A DNA stretch of 64,000 bases from an uncultured bacterium (GTDB taxonomy: Bacteria; Patescibacteriota; Saccharimonadia; UBA4664): NCBI GenBank assembly GCA_963720265.1, contig CAVRET010000002.1, positions 663,601 to 727,600 on the forward strand. Reading direction: 5' to 3'. The notes under the pieces were generated by a model that had not been told where the DNA came from, did not search any database, and worked only from the letters and a program-made list of their open reading frames with translations. A program made the position numbers and the translations under genes. Shown piece by piece: positions 24,332-34,816 of this stretch (its first letter is position 1; every line of letters begins with the position of its first letter).

Positions 24332-26275
24332 ATGCCTCCAGGTAGCGGTGGGCGTGGCATGCGCGGTCCGCTGCGGTCGTTTTCGCGAGACTCGACGGTA
24401 ACAAAACACAAGCTGGCGCCACACATACGCCGGCGTGTTATTCAGTTTGCCGCGCCCTATAAGATGCTACTGCTCGTATTCCTTGTCGTCGTCGTGGTGG
24501 ACGCGGCAATTGGAGTGGTCAATCCACTCATACTGAGAGACATCATAAACAAGGGCATCATCGGTCAGAACCCCAGTCTTATCATTGATCTGGCCTTCCT
24601 TGTGGCTGGCCTGGCCATCTTCGACGCTGGGCTGACATTCGTCAGCCGCCTCATCTCCGCCAAGATTGGCGAAGGGCTCATATTCGACATGCGCACACGC
24701 ATATTTACCCATATCCAAAGCATGCCGCTAGCCTTTTTTACACGGACACAGACGGGGGCGCTTGTCAGCCGTCTCAACAACGATGTTCTAGGAGCACAAG
24801 AAGCGTTTACGGATGTGCTGTCCAACGTCGTCGGAAATATCATCAGCGTTGGGCTCGTGCTCATCGCGATGTTCATACTATCATGGCAGCTCACCCTAGT
24901 CGCAATCGTTATTTTGCCCGTTTTTTTGCTGCCAGCTCGGTGGCTCGGACGTCGACTTCACGCAATTACACTTGAGAGCTATAACCTCAATTCGGTTATG
25001 AATAACACCATGATCGAGCGCTTCAATGTCGCCGGTGCCTTATTATCCAAAGTCTTTGGTAACCCGCAACAAGAAAACGAGCTCTTTCGCTCTCGGGCCG
25101 CCCGAGTACGGGATATCGGCGTGACCCAAGCCATGTACGCACGATTCCTTTTCATCGCCCTGATGCTCACCGCATCGCTCGCTACCGCCATCATATATGG
25201 GTGGGGCGGCGTGCAGGCAGCCGAGCGAGTCCTAAACGTCGGGACCGTCGTGGCCCTCACCGCCTATCTTACGCGACTATATGGACCGCTTACGCAACTA
25301 TCTAATATGAACGTTGATATTATGACCGCCCTAGTATCGTTTGAACGCGTGTTCGAGATCCTCGACCTACCGCCACTCATCAGGGAATCGTCGCATCCCA
25401 AGATAATTCCAGCCGGTCCGGCATCCGCATCCATCGCCTTTGAACACGTCGACTTTACATATCCAGCGCCCAAAGACGTGTCGCTGGCGTCGCTAGAATC
25501 CGTGGCGGTACTGGCCAAAAGTGACGCCAAACAGGTCTTGTTTGATGTTAGCTTTACGGTCCAACCGGGACAAATGGTAGCGCTTGTCGGGCCGTCCGGG
25601 GCCGGCAAAACGACCATCTCCCAACTTGTAGCCAGATTGTACGATGTGAGCTCAGGCAGCGTCCGCATTAGTGGTGTCGACGTCAGGGACGCATCATTTC
25701 GTACGCTCCGCGAACGGATTGGCCTGGTCACACAGGACGCCCACCTCTTTCACGAAACCATTCGTGACAATTTGCTTTTTGCTAAGCCGGACGCTACCGA
25801 TGAAGAGGTCTTAAAAGCTCTCGACGACGCCCAGCTGAGCAGCCTCGTTCAAAGTCTGCCGACAGGGCTAGGCACAATGGTTGGCGACCGCGGCTATCGG
25901 CTGTCGGGAGGAGAAAAGCAGCGGCTGGCTATCGCCCGCGTCCTACTCAAAGATCCAGATATCGTGATTCTTGATGAAGCCACTGCCCACCTGGATTCGG
26001 AATCGGAGCGAGCCATCCAGGACGCGCTTGGTCATACACTACATAATCGAACCTCGCTGGTCATTGCCCACCGGCTCTCCACTATTCGGATGGCCGATGA
26101 AATACTGGTTGTAGACCATGGCCGCATTCGTGAACGAGGCACGCACGACGAACTGCTCAGACAAAATGGCCAGTATGCTAAACTCTACGAACTGCAGTTT
26201 CGCGCAAGTGCTGCCGCGGTGAGCAATCAGGGGGAGTCAAATGAGAATTCAACATTGGCTACCTCAAGTCATTAG
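24332..26275 (+). CDS. ABC transporter, fused permease/ATPase exporter type (MsbA/type I exporter-like)
   Basis: Six TM helices, then Walker A GPSGAGKTT, signature LSGGEKQRLAIARV, and Walker B ILDEATAHLD. The real start may be an internal Met. Confidence 0.85.
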   Translation: MPPGSGGRGMRGPLRSFSRDSTVTKHKLAPHIRRRVIQFAAPYKMLLLVFLVVVVVDAAIGVVNPLILRDIINKGIIGQNPSLIIDLAFLVAGLAIFDAGLTFVSRLISAKIGEGLIFDMRTRIFTHIQSMPLAFFTRTQTGALVSRLNNDVLGAQEAFTDVLSNVVGNIISVGLVLIAMFILSWQLTLVAIVILPVFLLPARWLGRRLHAITLESYNLNSVMNNTMIERFNVAGALLSKVFGNPQQENELFRSRAARVRDIGVTQAMYARFLFIALMLTASLATAIIYGWGGVQAAERVLNVGTVVALTAYLTRLYGPLTQLSNMNVDIMTALVSFERVFEILDLPPLIRESSHPKIIPAGPASASIAFEHVDFTYPAPKDVSLASLESVAVLAKSDAKQVLFDVSFTVQPGQMVALVGPSGAGKTTISQLVARLYDVSSGSVRISGVDVRDASFRTLRERIGLVTQDAHLFHETIRDNLLFAKPDATDEEVLKALDDAQLSSLVQSLPTGLGTMVGDRGYRLSGGEKQRLAIARVLLKDPDIVILDEATAHLDSESERAIQDALGHTLHNRTSLVIAHRLSTIRMADEILVVDHGRIRERGTHDELLRQNGQYAKLYELQFRASAAAVSNQGESNENSTLATSSH

Positions 26276-26331
26276 AACATGGACAACATCCCACATCCCA
26301 CATCCCCAACCCAAGCGGCGGTATAATCTAC

Positions 26332-28008
26332 ATGATGCTCATGGTATTGATCAGTCTCGCGGCGGGAGTACTCACGGTTCTAGCGCCGTGCGTTTTGCCC
26401 CTTCTGCCGGTTATCATCGGCGGATCGCTGGCCGCCGGCCAGCACAACCGCAGTCGGCCCTATATTATTGCCGGGTCGCTTGTTATTGCAGTTGTCGGCT
26501 TCACGCTCATCTTAAAAGTCTCCACGCTGGCCGCCGGTATCTCGGAGCAAATCCTAGACATTGCGAGCGGCGGCTTACTCGTGCTCTTGGGCTTCGCCTT
26601 ATCCGCACCTGAGTTGTGGGCAAAAATGGCCGCGCTAACGAAACTGGAGGCAGTATCAAACCAACTGCTGTCCACAGCCGGGAACGACCGGCGACCCTTC
26701 ATCGGTGCTGCGTTAATCGGCCTTGCCCTCGGGCCAGTCTTCGCCAGCTGCAGCCCAACGTACGCCTTCATCCTGGCGTCGGTCTTGCCCAAAGATCTGC
26801 CAGTCGGCACGCTCGATTTGTTTGCGTACGCCGTTGGGCTCGCTGCCGCCCTGCTGGCAGTGGCCCTGGCCGGCAAACGGCTTACCTCGCGGCTTGGCTG
26901 GGCGTTAGATCCCAACGGCTGGTTTAGGCGGACGTTTGGTGCTGTGCTCATAGTCGTGGGCCTGGTGGTCGCATTTGGGCTCGCTTCCACTGTTGAGGTG
27001 TGGGTGGCCGCTCACTTGCCATTCGACGAGGCCAAGCTCGAGCAGCAGCTTTTGAGCACCCAAACTGGCACCAAGACCGATAAGCAAGCCGGTTCCGCGC
27101 TCAACGTCGAACCGATACCAGCCCCGCAGTTCACCGGGCTCACCAATTGGATCAACAGCCCGCCGCTCACTCTATCGAACCTGCGCGGCCAAGTAGTTCT
27201 CGTGGACTTTTGGACATACTCTTGCATCAACTGTATCCGAACGCTGCCGTATCTTGAGAAATGGTACCAAACGTACCACAACCAAGGCTTAGTTATAATA
27301 GGCGTGAATACGCCCGAGTTCGCATTTGAGCACGTGCCCGGGAATGTGGCAGCAGCGGTCCGCAAATTTGGCATTGCCTACCCTGTGGCGCTTGATAACA
27401 ATTACGCCACCTGGGATGCGTACAATAACGACTCGTGGCCTGCCGATTATCTCATTGACCGCTCCGGCGACATTCGTTATGTCGCGACCGGCGAAGGCGA
27501 CTACCCAACGACGGAACGAGCGATCCAAGAATTACTTGGGATCAACCACAGCCTTGTCACGCCGACTTCCAATGTACCGGTGGCGGCCGACCAAACCCCA
27601 GAAACGTATTTTGGCACCAACCGTGCCCAGAGCTATGTCGGATCCCCCTCTCTCGTCAACGGGTCGGCTAATTTTAGCCCAACTCAGCCATCGCCTGATC
27701 AGTGGACCTTAAGCGGCAAGTGGAAAATCTCCGGCGAGAGTATCACAAGTGAGGGGCCGGGCTCGCAGCTGGTCGCGTCCGTTGTTGCAAAAGACGTCTA
27801 CCTGGTCGCAAGCGGCGCCGGCAGTGTTCATGTCGGCCTCGATCCCGGCAGTAGCAGCGACTTTGGTAATGATGCGCCCGAGGGATTGGTGGCGGTGGCG
27901 GCCTCGCGTCTTTACCACATCGTGTCACGACCACAATCCGCTAGCATCACCGTGACGCTCACCGTGCCTACCGGCGTAACTCTGTACACCTTTACGTTTG
28001 GCAGCTAG
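26332..28008 (+). CDS. CcdA/DsbD-like transmembrane electron transporter fused to a TlpA/ResA-type thioredoxin domain, plus a C-terminal extension
   Basis: The N-terminus has a Cys pair in a TM helix (LAPCVLPLLP). Then comes a thioredoxin CxxC (WTYSCINC) in a TlpA-like context, followed by an uncharacterised region of about 150 aa. Confidence 0.7.
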   Translation: MMLMVLISLAAGVLTVLAPCVLPLLPVIIGGSLAAGQHNRSRPYIIAGSLVIAVVGFTLILKVSTLAAGISEQILDIASGGLLVLLGFALSAPELWAKMAALTKLEAVSNQLLSTAGNDRRPFIGAALIGLALGPVFASCSPTYAFILASVLPKDLPVGTLDLFAYAVGLAAALLAVALAGKRLTSRLGWALDPNGWFRRTFGAVLIVVGLVVAFGLASTVEVWVAAHLPFDEAKLEQQLLSTQTGTKTDKQAGSALNVEPIPAPQFTGLTNWINSPPLTLSNLRGQVVLVDFWTYSCINCIRTLPYLEKWYQTYHNQGLVIIGVNTPEFAFEHVPGNVAAAVRKFGIAYPVALDNNYATWDAYNNDSWPADYLIDRSGDIRYVATGEGDYPTTERAIQELLGINHSLVTPTSNVPVAADQTPETYFGTNRAQSYVGSPSLVNGSANFSPTQPSPDQWTLSGKWKISGESITSEGPGSQLVASVVAKDVYLVASGAGSVHVGLDPGSSSDFGNDAPEGLVAVAASRLYHIVSRPQSASITVTLTVPTGVTLYTFTFGS

Positions 28009-28073
28009 CCAAAGGAGTTCGAATATGCGCCGTACACGCGTATAATAAGCCCCACATTGAGGGAGGTGGGGCT

Positions 28074-28631
28074 ATGGCAACGTCCAATATGACCTTGAAC
28101 GAACCGGCCACGGCTGTGTTTAGCTGGACGGTGAAACCCGGCAAGGAACAGGAATTTGAGCAAAGAATGCACGAAATCCACCGAGTTGCCAGGACGTATC
28201 CTGGACACATGGGCGTTACCACTATCAAATCTCCGGGGCGCAGCGACAATTTCCAAACGGTGCTGCGCTTCGACACACAGGCTCATCTCGACGCTTGGTT
28301 GCGCTCCCCGACCCGCCAGGAGCTAGCGCAGGCCCTAGAGGAAGTCGCCCATAATGAGAGTGCCAAAAAAGCCACCGGCCTAGAAACTTGGTTTAACATC
28401 CCCGGCCAACCACAAATCACGCCTCCACCCAGGTGGAAAATGGTTATAGCGACCTCTATCGCGATCTACCCAATCAGTCTCGTATACGGATTATTCGTGG
28501 CTCCCCATATTCTACATTGGTCCGTCTGGGTCCGCTCGCTGTGCTTACCGATCTTCGCTCCAATCATATTGACCTACCTCTTGATGCCGTTTTTAACTCA
28601 GCATGTCCTGAAGCGTTGGCTCTATAAATAG
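28074..28631 (+). CDS. hypothetical protein with a soluble N-terminal domain (possibly ABM-like) and two C-terminal TM helices
   Basis: A 185-aa ORF with a hydrophobic C-terminus. Confidence 0.45.
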   Translation: MATSNMTLNEPATAVFSWTVKPGKEQEFEQRMHEIHRVARTYPGHMGVTTIKSPGRSDNFQTVLRFDTQAHLDAWLRSPTRQELAQALEEVAHNESAKKATGLETWFNIPGQPQITPPPRWKMVIATSIAIYPISLVYGLFVAPHILHWSVWVRSLCLPIFAPIILTYLLMPFLTQHVLKRWLYK

Positions 28632-28666
28632 CGCCCCAACATAGCGGAAGGAGCACATAAAGGAGA

Positions 28667-29188
28667 TTAGCGTCGCCGAAGCTGCGCCTTTCGAGCCAGC
28701 TTCAAAAACTTCCCCTTGGGCACAAGCCAGAACCGGTGCGCCGATGGGGGCTTCTCGTGTGCGTGTTGGCCATCATTCAATACTTGAGTCTCCGCCACAA
28801 CATGCCTGCCGGTGTCTACCAGCTCGACTTCGACGAACTCTTTCTTATACCAGCCCAGCTCTACCATCTCCCATCGGTCTAGCTTATGTCGGGCTTGTAT
28901 GCTGAGACGAAGAAGCGTGCCGTCCACTTGTGAGCCGGGCTTCCTAACTAGTACGTAGCTTCTAAAATCGGGCCCCCATACTTTACGGAGGATCTGCCTG
29001 GGGTTTATCCCCGCGGTCGTAATCTCAGGCAGATGCTGGACACGCAGTTCGTAGTCTCGTAAGACCGCGGGGCCAATAACCTCAGGCTTCTCCCCAGTAA
29101 CAGCCAGTAGCATCTCCGCGCCACCGCCGCCGGTGACGTAGCCAAAAAAATATCCACGACGACGCCTATGCCATATGCCTCGTATCAT
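28667..29188 (-). CDS. hypothetical protein
   Basis: A 173-aa ORF with a Gly-rich N-terminus (GYVTGGGGAE). No confident family assignment. Confidence 0.4.
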   Translation of the reverse strand: MIRGIWHRRRRGYFFGYVTGGGGAEMLLAVTGEKPEVIGPAVLRDYELRVQHLPEITTAGINPRQILRKVWGPDFRSYVLVRKPGSQVDGTLLRLSIQARHKLDRWEMVELGWYKKEFVEVELVDTGRHVVAETQVLNDGQHAHEKPPSAHRFWLVPKGKFLKLARKAQLRRR

Positions 29189-29425
29189 AATCGCATTCTA
29201 GCAATATTCTGATGACCGGCCAAAGCAGTTTTCGATGTTTTTCAGGGCGGTAAACACGAATTACACAATATCGGTGGACGCTGAGCCGGAAAGCTGATAT
29301 AATAGCCGCAATCTAGAAACAAGCTATACTTGTCGATTCCGTTAGTAGTCATACCCGAGACCACACAACGCCCGAATCTTATTCCGGAGCACACATAACA
29401 CTATGCGGGTACAAGAAAGAGAAGT

Positions 29426-29719
29426 ATGGCTTCTAAGTTATATGTCGGTTCACTGAGTTTCAATATTAATAACGACCAGCTCAAAGAGCTGTTCGATCCG
29501 TTCGGCAACGTTGTCAGCGCCAGCGTCATTACTGACCGAGATACGGGTCGTTCGAAGGGCTTCGGCTTTGTCGAGATGGAGACCGATGAGGAGGCCCAAG
29601 CCGCTATCACCGGTCTCAGCGGCAAAGAGGTGGATGGCCGAACCATCATCGTGAATGTCGCCCGGCCCAAAGAAGATCGCCCTGCGCGGCCCAATTTTAA
29701 CAACCGTCGTCGCTACTAG
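29426..29719 (+). CDS. RRM-type RNA-binding protein
   Basis: RNP-2 KLYVGSLSF and RNP-1 KGFGFVEM, with an RG-rich tail. An AGAAAGAGAAG SD is present. Confidence 0.85.
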   Translation: MASKLYVGSLSFNINNDQLKELFDPFGNVVSASVITDRDTGRSKGFGFVEMETDEEAQAAITGLSGKEVDGRTIIVNVARPKEDRPARPNFNNRRRY

Positions 29720-29730
29720 CGGCAATCGGC

Positions 29731-30057
29731 ATGCCCCAGCCGATGCGATTCTTCATACCTAATACCTCCAAGACAGACACCGAGCCCGTCTATTTTGAGA
29801 TGAGACATGCATTGGTCGACCAGCTGCGTTTCACTATCCAGGAGCGTCGCATCTTTAAGCTCAGCTACACCAATAGTAAACGCAATTGGCATGTTGAAGT
29901 TGGGAAACCTAAGCCGCAAGAAAACCAATACGTAGTCATGGCCATTTTTGAGGCCGGCGTCTTCGTAATTGTCAATCAAACCTTGTCCGGCGGTTCGGGC
30001 CCCATTGTGCTCGTAGATAAGGCCGAGGTTACTGCAGTCGAAGAGTTTCAGGCGTAA
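29731..30057 (+). CDS. hypothetical protein (low GC)
   Basis: A 108-aa ORF whose GC is lower than its neighbours. No motif. Confidence 0.4.
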   Translation: MPQPMRFFIPNTSKTDTEPVYFEMRHALVDQLRFTIQERRIFKLSYTNSKRNWHVEVGKPKPQENQYVVMAIFEAGVFVIVNQTLSGGSGPIVLVDKAEVTAVEEFQA

Positions 30058-30248
30058 AACCGGCTGCTAAGACCTTACCCGCCGCCACTTGGTGGTGGGT
30101 AAGGTCTGGCACTGGCACGGGGCACACCGCCACCGCCACCGCCACCGCTTGGAGCCATGCTCGACTTGGTACTTGGCAACACACTGCCGGCACCAAACTT
30201 CACCGATATGCTTCAATCTCATCATAGATTTCAGTATAGCAACCGGGG

Positions 30249-30686
30249 CTAAACTGCCCTCTTCGTAAGGGCCACACCCTCAGCACTCAACGCCAACTTC
30301 ACCTCGCCTAGTAGCTTCCAGAACTCATCATGCACCGGCTGGACATCGTCCCGCCCCGCTCCAATCACCAGCGCCGCGTGTGCTGCTCCGGCGCCCGCGT
30401 AAAAACTCAGCCATTCCAGTACCTCCACCGGGTTGTCCCATTCATCGCCGACATACAAATCCATCATTGTCGTAAGCTTGGCCATCGTGCGTTTAACTTT
30501 CTCTCCGAATACGGCCCGGTTTGCTTCGTCGACCAACAATGCCGGCCGGGAACCGAGCCGGTCCAGCCGATGTGACACCGCAGGTACCTGCTTCGCCAGT
30601 GCCTCGCCGCCTCGCTGCCGGATTTCCGGTGCCAGGCTCACAAACGCCTGCACCTCGGCCAGTTTTTTCACGGTTCGGACTATCAT
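30249..30686 (-). CDS. hypothetical protein
   Basis: A 145-aa ORF. A competing + ORF looks like noise. Confidence 0.35.
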   Translation of the reverse strand: MIVRTVKKLAEVQAFVSLAPEIRQRGGEALAKQVPAVSHRLDRLGSRPALLVDEANRAVFGEKVKRTMAKLTTMMDLYVGDEWDNPVEVLEWLSFYAGAGAAHAALVIGAGRDDVQPVHDEFWKLLGEVKLALSAEGVALTKRAV

Positions 30687-30701
30687 ATAATCTCAATATA
30701 T

Positions 30702-31469
30702 ATGATTCAGTATCATGCCTCCACGGATGCGCTCTTTCTTACCGTCTTCATCGCCGCCACAGTCGAGATGGTGGAAGCGCTCACCATCGTTCTGGCGATC
30801 GGGCTCACCCGCGGTTGGCGCTCCACCCTAATCGCACTTGGGGCAGCCCTGCTGGCATTAGCCTCCATTGTGGCACTGCTCGGTCCAGCTCTCGCCTACA
30901 TTCCGTTACAAATTTTGCACTTGCTGGTCGGCGGCTTGTTGCTGGTGTTTGGATTGCAATGGCTTCGCAAAGCTATTCTGCGCGCCAGTGGTGTCATTTC
31001 GCTCCACGACGAGGACGCGCTCTACGCCCGCGAAGTTAAAAAGGCGCGTAGTACCGGCCGCCACCTCTTGCACGGGCTGGACTGGTATGGTTTCACCGTG
31101 GTCTTTAAAGGTGTGCTCCTCGAGGGCTTGGAAGTGGTGTTTATCGTACTGAGTTTCGGCGCTGCCCAGGGCAGCGTACCGGTGGCCGCCGTGGCTGCCG
31201 CATTAAGTCTCGTAATGGTGTCAGTCCTGGGGTTGTTCTTGCGCCGTCCATTGGCAAGTATCCCCGAAAACACGCTCAAGTTTATTGTCGGCATCATGCT
31301 AACGGTCTTCGGCATGTTCTGGGCCGGCTCAGGCGCGGGCTTGCACTGGCCTGGAGGTAATTTGGCAATACTCGGCCTGCTCGCATATACTTCGGCCGTT
31401 GCGCTCGCCATGGTGCCACTGACGAGTTATCTCTCAGGCGGCCGCACATCAGTAGGGCCGGCTAAATGA
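30702..31469 (+). CDS. hypothetical polytopic membrane protein
   Basis: Seven to eight TM helices. No family recognised. Confidence 0.5.
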   Translation: MIQYHASTDALFLTVFIAATVEMVEALTIVLAIGLTRGWRSTLIALGAALLALASIVALLGPALAYIPLQILHLLVGGLLLVFGLQWLRKAILRASGVISLHDEDALYAREVKKARSTGRHLLHGLDWYGFTVVFKGVLLEGLEVVFIVLSFGAAQGSVPVAAVAAALSLVMVSVLGLFLRRPLASIPENTLKFIVGIMLTVFGMFWAGSGAGLHWPGGNLAILGLLAYTSAVALAMVPLTSYLSGGRTSVGPAK

Positions 31470-33313
31470 AGCGCTTGCAGGCATTTTTTAAGTTCTGGTA
31501 CCGCTTTATCGTGGGCGACGATCGGCATCTGGCGGCCGGTATTGTGATGGCTCTTGTCATTACCGACGCGTTTACCGCTGCCGGTCTCAACGTTTGGGTG
31601 CTTTTCCCGGTACTGATCACAATGTGCTTATTGCTGTCAACCAGGCAAGCGGCTCGTAAAACGCGCAAGCAGCCGCGCGGACCGCACCACCCGGCGCCTC
31701 TGGTGGTGAGTTGGCTGCAATTGTGGCTGCCACTCGCACTGCTCGCCCTTACCCCAATAGCTGACACCTATCTAAAACAACTGTCGGTTGCCACGGCGCA
31801 GGACCTGGTGCTCCCCTGTGCCCTAAACCTTGTCGCGGTCGCGGTCATCGCGGGCCTGTTCTTTCGCGGCTTTCGGCGCGACCCACTGCCGTTCTTTCTT
31901 GCCAGTGTTTTCATTACCGTCGCGGTCGTCATTGATTACGCCAGCAACTTTAATTGGGCACTCCAGGCCTTTAGCTCGATCTGGCCCTTGCCGGTGCTGG
32001 TTGGGCCGTTTGCGCCATTGTACTGGATTGTGGCCGGCTATCTCATGTTTCAGCTCGGACGTTGGACCGCTAGATTACTCACCGCATACCATGTTCAGCC
32101 TGGCAACGTCATGCTGGCCACAACGCTCGCGGCCGCCGGGGTATTTTTGATCCAGGCGGTCCCCGCCGGCATTGATCTGGCCAGCGCTTGGCCGCAATTT
32201 TTTTACCACCCGCCAGTGCTTGCAATTAGCAAACTTTCCGTGGCCCCGTCAGGGTACAAACCCGACATCTACTACTTTCTCCTCGAAGACGATGACTCCC
32301 AAATGCCACTAACCAATCAGCCCGCGTTCAAGAACAGTCTTGGTCAGTTCTTGCCCGGCCATGGCTTCTATGTAGTTCCAAATGCGCTCAGCAATTATCC
32401 CAATATCGAAAGTTCGGCCGCGGCCACTCTCAGCGCAGGCTTTCTGTCAGATCAAACCAGTAACTTTAGCGGCGCCCGCAACCAACCCATCGCAGCCGTC
32501 AACCAAACGGTCAAGCTCGCTCCGGTCGCTAGGCGATTGGAGGGCGTGGGCTACACCCTCCACGTTATTGGTTACCCCCCCAGCGTGAGCGCGTTGGTAC
32601 TGGCCGGCCACAATTATTTGCTCGATAGTTTCAGTGACAGTCTGCTTGGTGGCTCGCTTTTCGCTCCGGTCATTCAAACTGGCCTGAGTCTGGGCGGCGT
32701 TCAGCTATTGGGCTACCAGCCCAACGTAACCGCGATGCAGCAGGAGTTCGGGCAGACCGAGAGCATTGGCAAACGCTCATCCGGTGGGCAGTTTGTGTTC
32801 CAAGACATCCCGACCCTGACGAATTACGCTCAGTTCCAAGCCGCATTGAGCTCCATAATGACGCGCAGCCACGGCCGTGATGTCATCATTTTGCAATCCG
32901 GCAATGCTACCAGGGGCGTTGTTCCGAGCACCAAGTCGCTGATCACGGCCCAGGACATGCGCACCTGGACGCCAGCGAGCCTTCAGGACAAATACGGCCA
33001 ACTGGCCGCCTATTACATTCCCGGCGCCACGCCGACCCAACTTACCGCTACTGCCAACGCCGTCAACGTCTTTCGCGTAGTACTCAACTCTAACTTTTCA
33101 ACTCGTTTGAACATGTTGCCGGCCTGCTACTATGGTTACCCTCAGGGCCTGGGTTATTCATTTGTGTTCTCCAATCTCGGCCCACGACTGACCGGCCATA
33201 CGAACCCAAGCTGCCCGGCCAACGGCAATTTTCTCCATCCCGGCCCCACCAAGCTTATTCAGTCCACGGCGAGGCGCCCTCCCACGAGTGGGCTCGAAGG
33301 CGATGACGACTAA
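31466..33313 (+). CDS. large membrane protein. It has an N-terminal multi-TM region and an extracytoplasmic domain, possibly of the alkaline-phosphatase superfamily (LTA-synthase/sulfatase-like).
   Basis: A 615-aa ORF. Its start overlaps the preceding stop (ATGA). KPDIYYFLLEDDD resembles the sulfatase N-terminal block. This is weak. Confidence 0.45.
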   Translation: MKRLQAFFKFWYRFIVGDDRHLAAGIVMALVITDAFTAAGLNVWVLFPVLITMCLLLSTRQAARKTRKQPRGPHHPAPLVVSWLQLWLPLALLALTPIADTYLKQLSVATAQDLVLPCALNLVAVAVIAGLFFRGFRRDPLPFFLASVFITVAVVIDYASNFNWALQAFSSIWPLPVLVGPFAPLYWIVAGYLMFQLGRWTARLLTAYHVQPGNVMLATTLAAAGVFLIQAVPAGIDLASAWPQFFYHPPVLAISKLSVAPSGYKPDIYYFLLEDDDSQMPLTNQPAFKNSLGQFLPGHGFYVVPNALSNYPNIESSAAATLSAGFLSDQTSNFSGARNQPIAAVNQTVKLAPVARRLEGVGYTLHVIGYPPSVSALVLAGHNYLLDSFSDSLLGGSLFAPVIQTGLSLGGVQLLGYQPNVTAMQQEFGQTESIGKRSSGGQFVFQDIPTLTNYAQFQAALSSIMTRSHGRDVIILQSGNATRGVVPSTKSLITAQDMRTWTPASLQDKYGQLAAYYIPGATPTQLTATANAVNVFRVVLNSNFSTRLNMLPACYYGYPQGLGYSFVFSNLGPRLTGHTNPSCPANGNFLHPGPTKLIQSTARRPPTSGLEGDDD

Positions 33314-33330
33314 CGATAAGTAAGGCTCTC

Positions 33331-33930
33331 ATGGAACACTCCAAAACCGTTTTTGCCAAGGTCAGTGAGCTGTATCGTGGCGCCCACACCGTCATGGGCC
33401 AATGGATGTGGCGCAATCATACCCAGTGGGTCGCAGACAAGACCCAGCGGCTGGCACAAAAATACGGCGCCGATGTCGAGATCGCGTACTGTGCGGCCTT
33501 ACTCCACGATTTAGGCGACAGCCGGTACGAACGGGGTCATCCCGATTTTAATACCTGGTCATGGGAAACCGGCAAAACCGTTCTGAAACAGGCCGGCTTT
33601 CGCCACGCTAAGCGAGCGGCCATCCTTGAAGCCGTCAGTACCCATGCCTGCCATCCTGGTTATCTGCCTAAGGCCAAAGAGGGAAAAGTGCTCGCCACCG
33701 CCGACGCCATGTGGCACCTGCAAACCAATTTTTTCCCGGTCATTTGCTATATGAATCGTCCGGACAACACTCGCACGTATGAGGAGTGGCAGGACTGGTT
33801 TAACGATAAGATCGAACGAGACTTTGGGCCAAAGATTTTCTTTGAGGACGAAAGAAATGAAGTAAGGGCCGATTACGAGGCGCTCAAAAGGGTATTCGCA
33901 AATACATCCCTGAGCGGCCAAACCGACTAA
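33331..33930 (+). CDS. HD-domain phosphohydrolase
   Basis: The HD motif lies in AALLHDLGD. Confidence 0.55.
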   Translation: MEHSKTVFAKVSELYRGAHTVMGQWMWRNHTQWVADKTQRLAQKYGADVEIAYCAALLHDLGDSRYERGHPDFNTWSWETGKTVLKQAGFRHAKRAAILEAVSTHACHPGYLPKAKEGKVLATADAMWHLQTNFFPVICYMNRPDNTRTYEEWQDWFNDKIERDFGPKIFFEDERNEVRADYEALKRVFANTSLSGQTD

Positions 33931-33973
33931 CCAGACCGCACCGCTTTACGCCGGCGCCTCCCTCAGCGATACT

Positions 33974-34807
33974 GTGAGGACAATGCTACCCACATTCGCT
34001 GCCCACAACCTGCTGATCCAAATAGCGTTCATACTCGTGGTGGCAGCTGTTCTCGCACTTACGAGCGGCCCGGTCACCGGCTTCATCGTGCGCCGCCTCA
34101 ACCGCCGCCGCAAAGACGAAACCGAGCTCGACCACACTAAGCGCGTCCAAACCATTATCGTCATTTTCAACACCACGTTCACCGCCTTCCTTGCTATTGC
34201 CACGATCTGCCTCATTTTATCGGTTTTGGGCGTCAACGTTACTGCCTTGCTCACCGGTGCTGGCTTAGTCGGCGTAATAGTTGGTTTAAGTGCGCAAAAC
34301 ACGGTCAAAGACCTGCTCTCCGGCATGTTCATTGTGCTTGAACAGCAATACCGGGTCGGCGATACCATTTCGCTATCCGGCGGCACGACTGGTACCGGCG
34401 TCACCGGCAAGGTCGAAGAGATAACCTTGCGTGCCACAAAATTGCGCGACCTCAGCGGCAATCTTATTACCGTGCGCAACGGCGATCCTAGCATCATCAC
34501 TAACAAAACCTTCTCTGATGCCAGCCTGGTGCTAGATTTTATTATTACCTACGACAGCGACATCACGGCCGTCGAGCGGGTCATCAATGCCGTAGGGGCC
34601 AAGCTTGAGCACGATGAACAGTGGGGCAAATATTTACGCAGCCCGATCAGCTTTATGCGCGTCGACAACTTTACCGACAGTGGAGTGGTAGTCCGCGCCA
34701 TTGGCGTAACCGCTCCGGCGCGCCAGTGGGACATTGCCGGCGAATACCGCAAACGACTACTCGCCGCCGTCGTCGACGAGCCTGACATCAAGTTTGCCCA
34801 CTCGTAA
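33974..34807 (+). CDS. small-conductance mechanosensitive channel (MscS family)
   Basis: MscS core GLSAQNTVKDLLSGMFIVLEQQYRVGDTI, with three N-terminal TM helices. Confidence 0.75.
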   Translation: MRTMLPTFAAHNLLIQIAFILVVAAVLALTSGPVTGFIVRRLNRRRKDETELDHTKRVQTIIVIFNTTFTAFLAIATICLILSVLGVNVTALLTGAGLVGVIVGLSAQNTVKDLLSGMFIVLEQQYRVGDTISLSGGTTGTGVTGKVEEITLRATKLRDLSGNLITVRNGDPSIITNKTFSDASLVLDFIITYDSDITAVERVINAVGAKLEHDEQWGKYLRSPISFMRVDNFTDSGVVVRAIGVTAPARQWDIAGEYRKRLLAAVVDEPDIKFAHS

Positions 34808-34816
34808 GCCGCTAAG

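Noticed and set aside
30120-30165. (GCCACC)n-type short tandem repeat, CACCGCCACCGCCACCGCCACCGC, in an intergenic region
   Set aside because: It has only about four units, with no flanking structure and no ORF of convincing composition. It is probably simple-sequence slippage, and I could extract no function.
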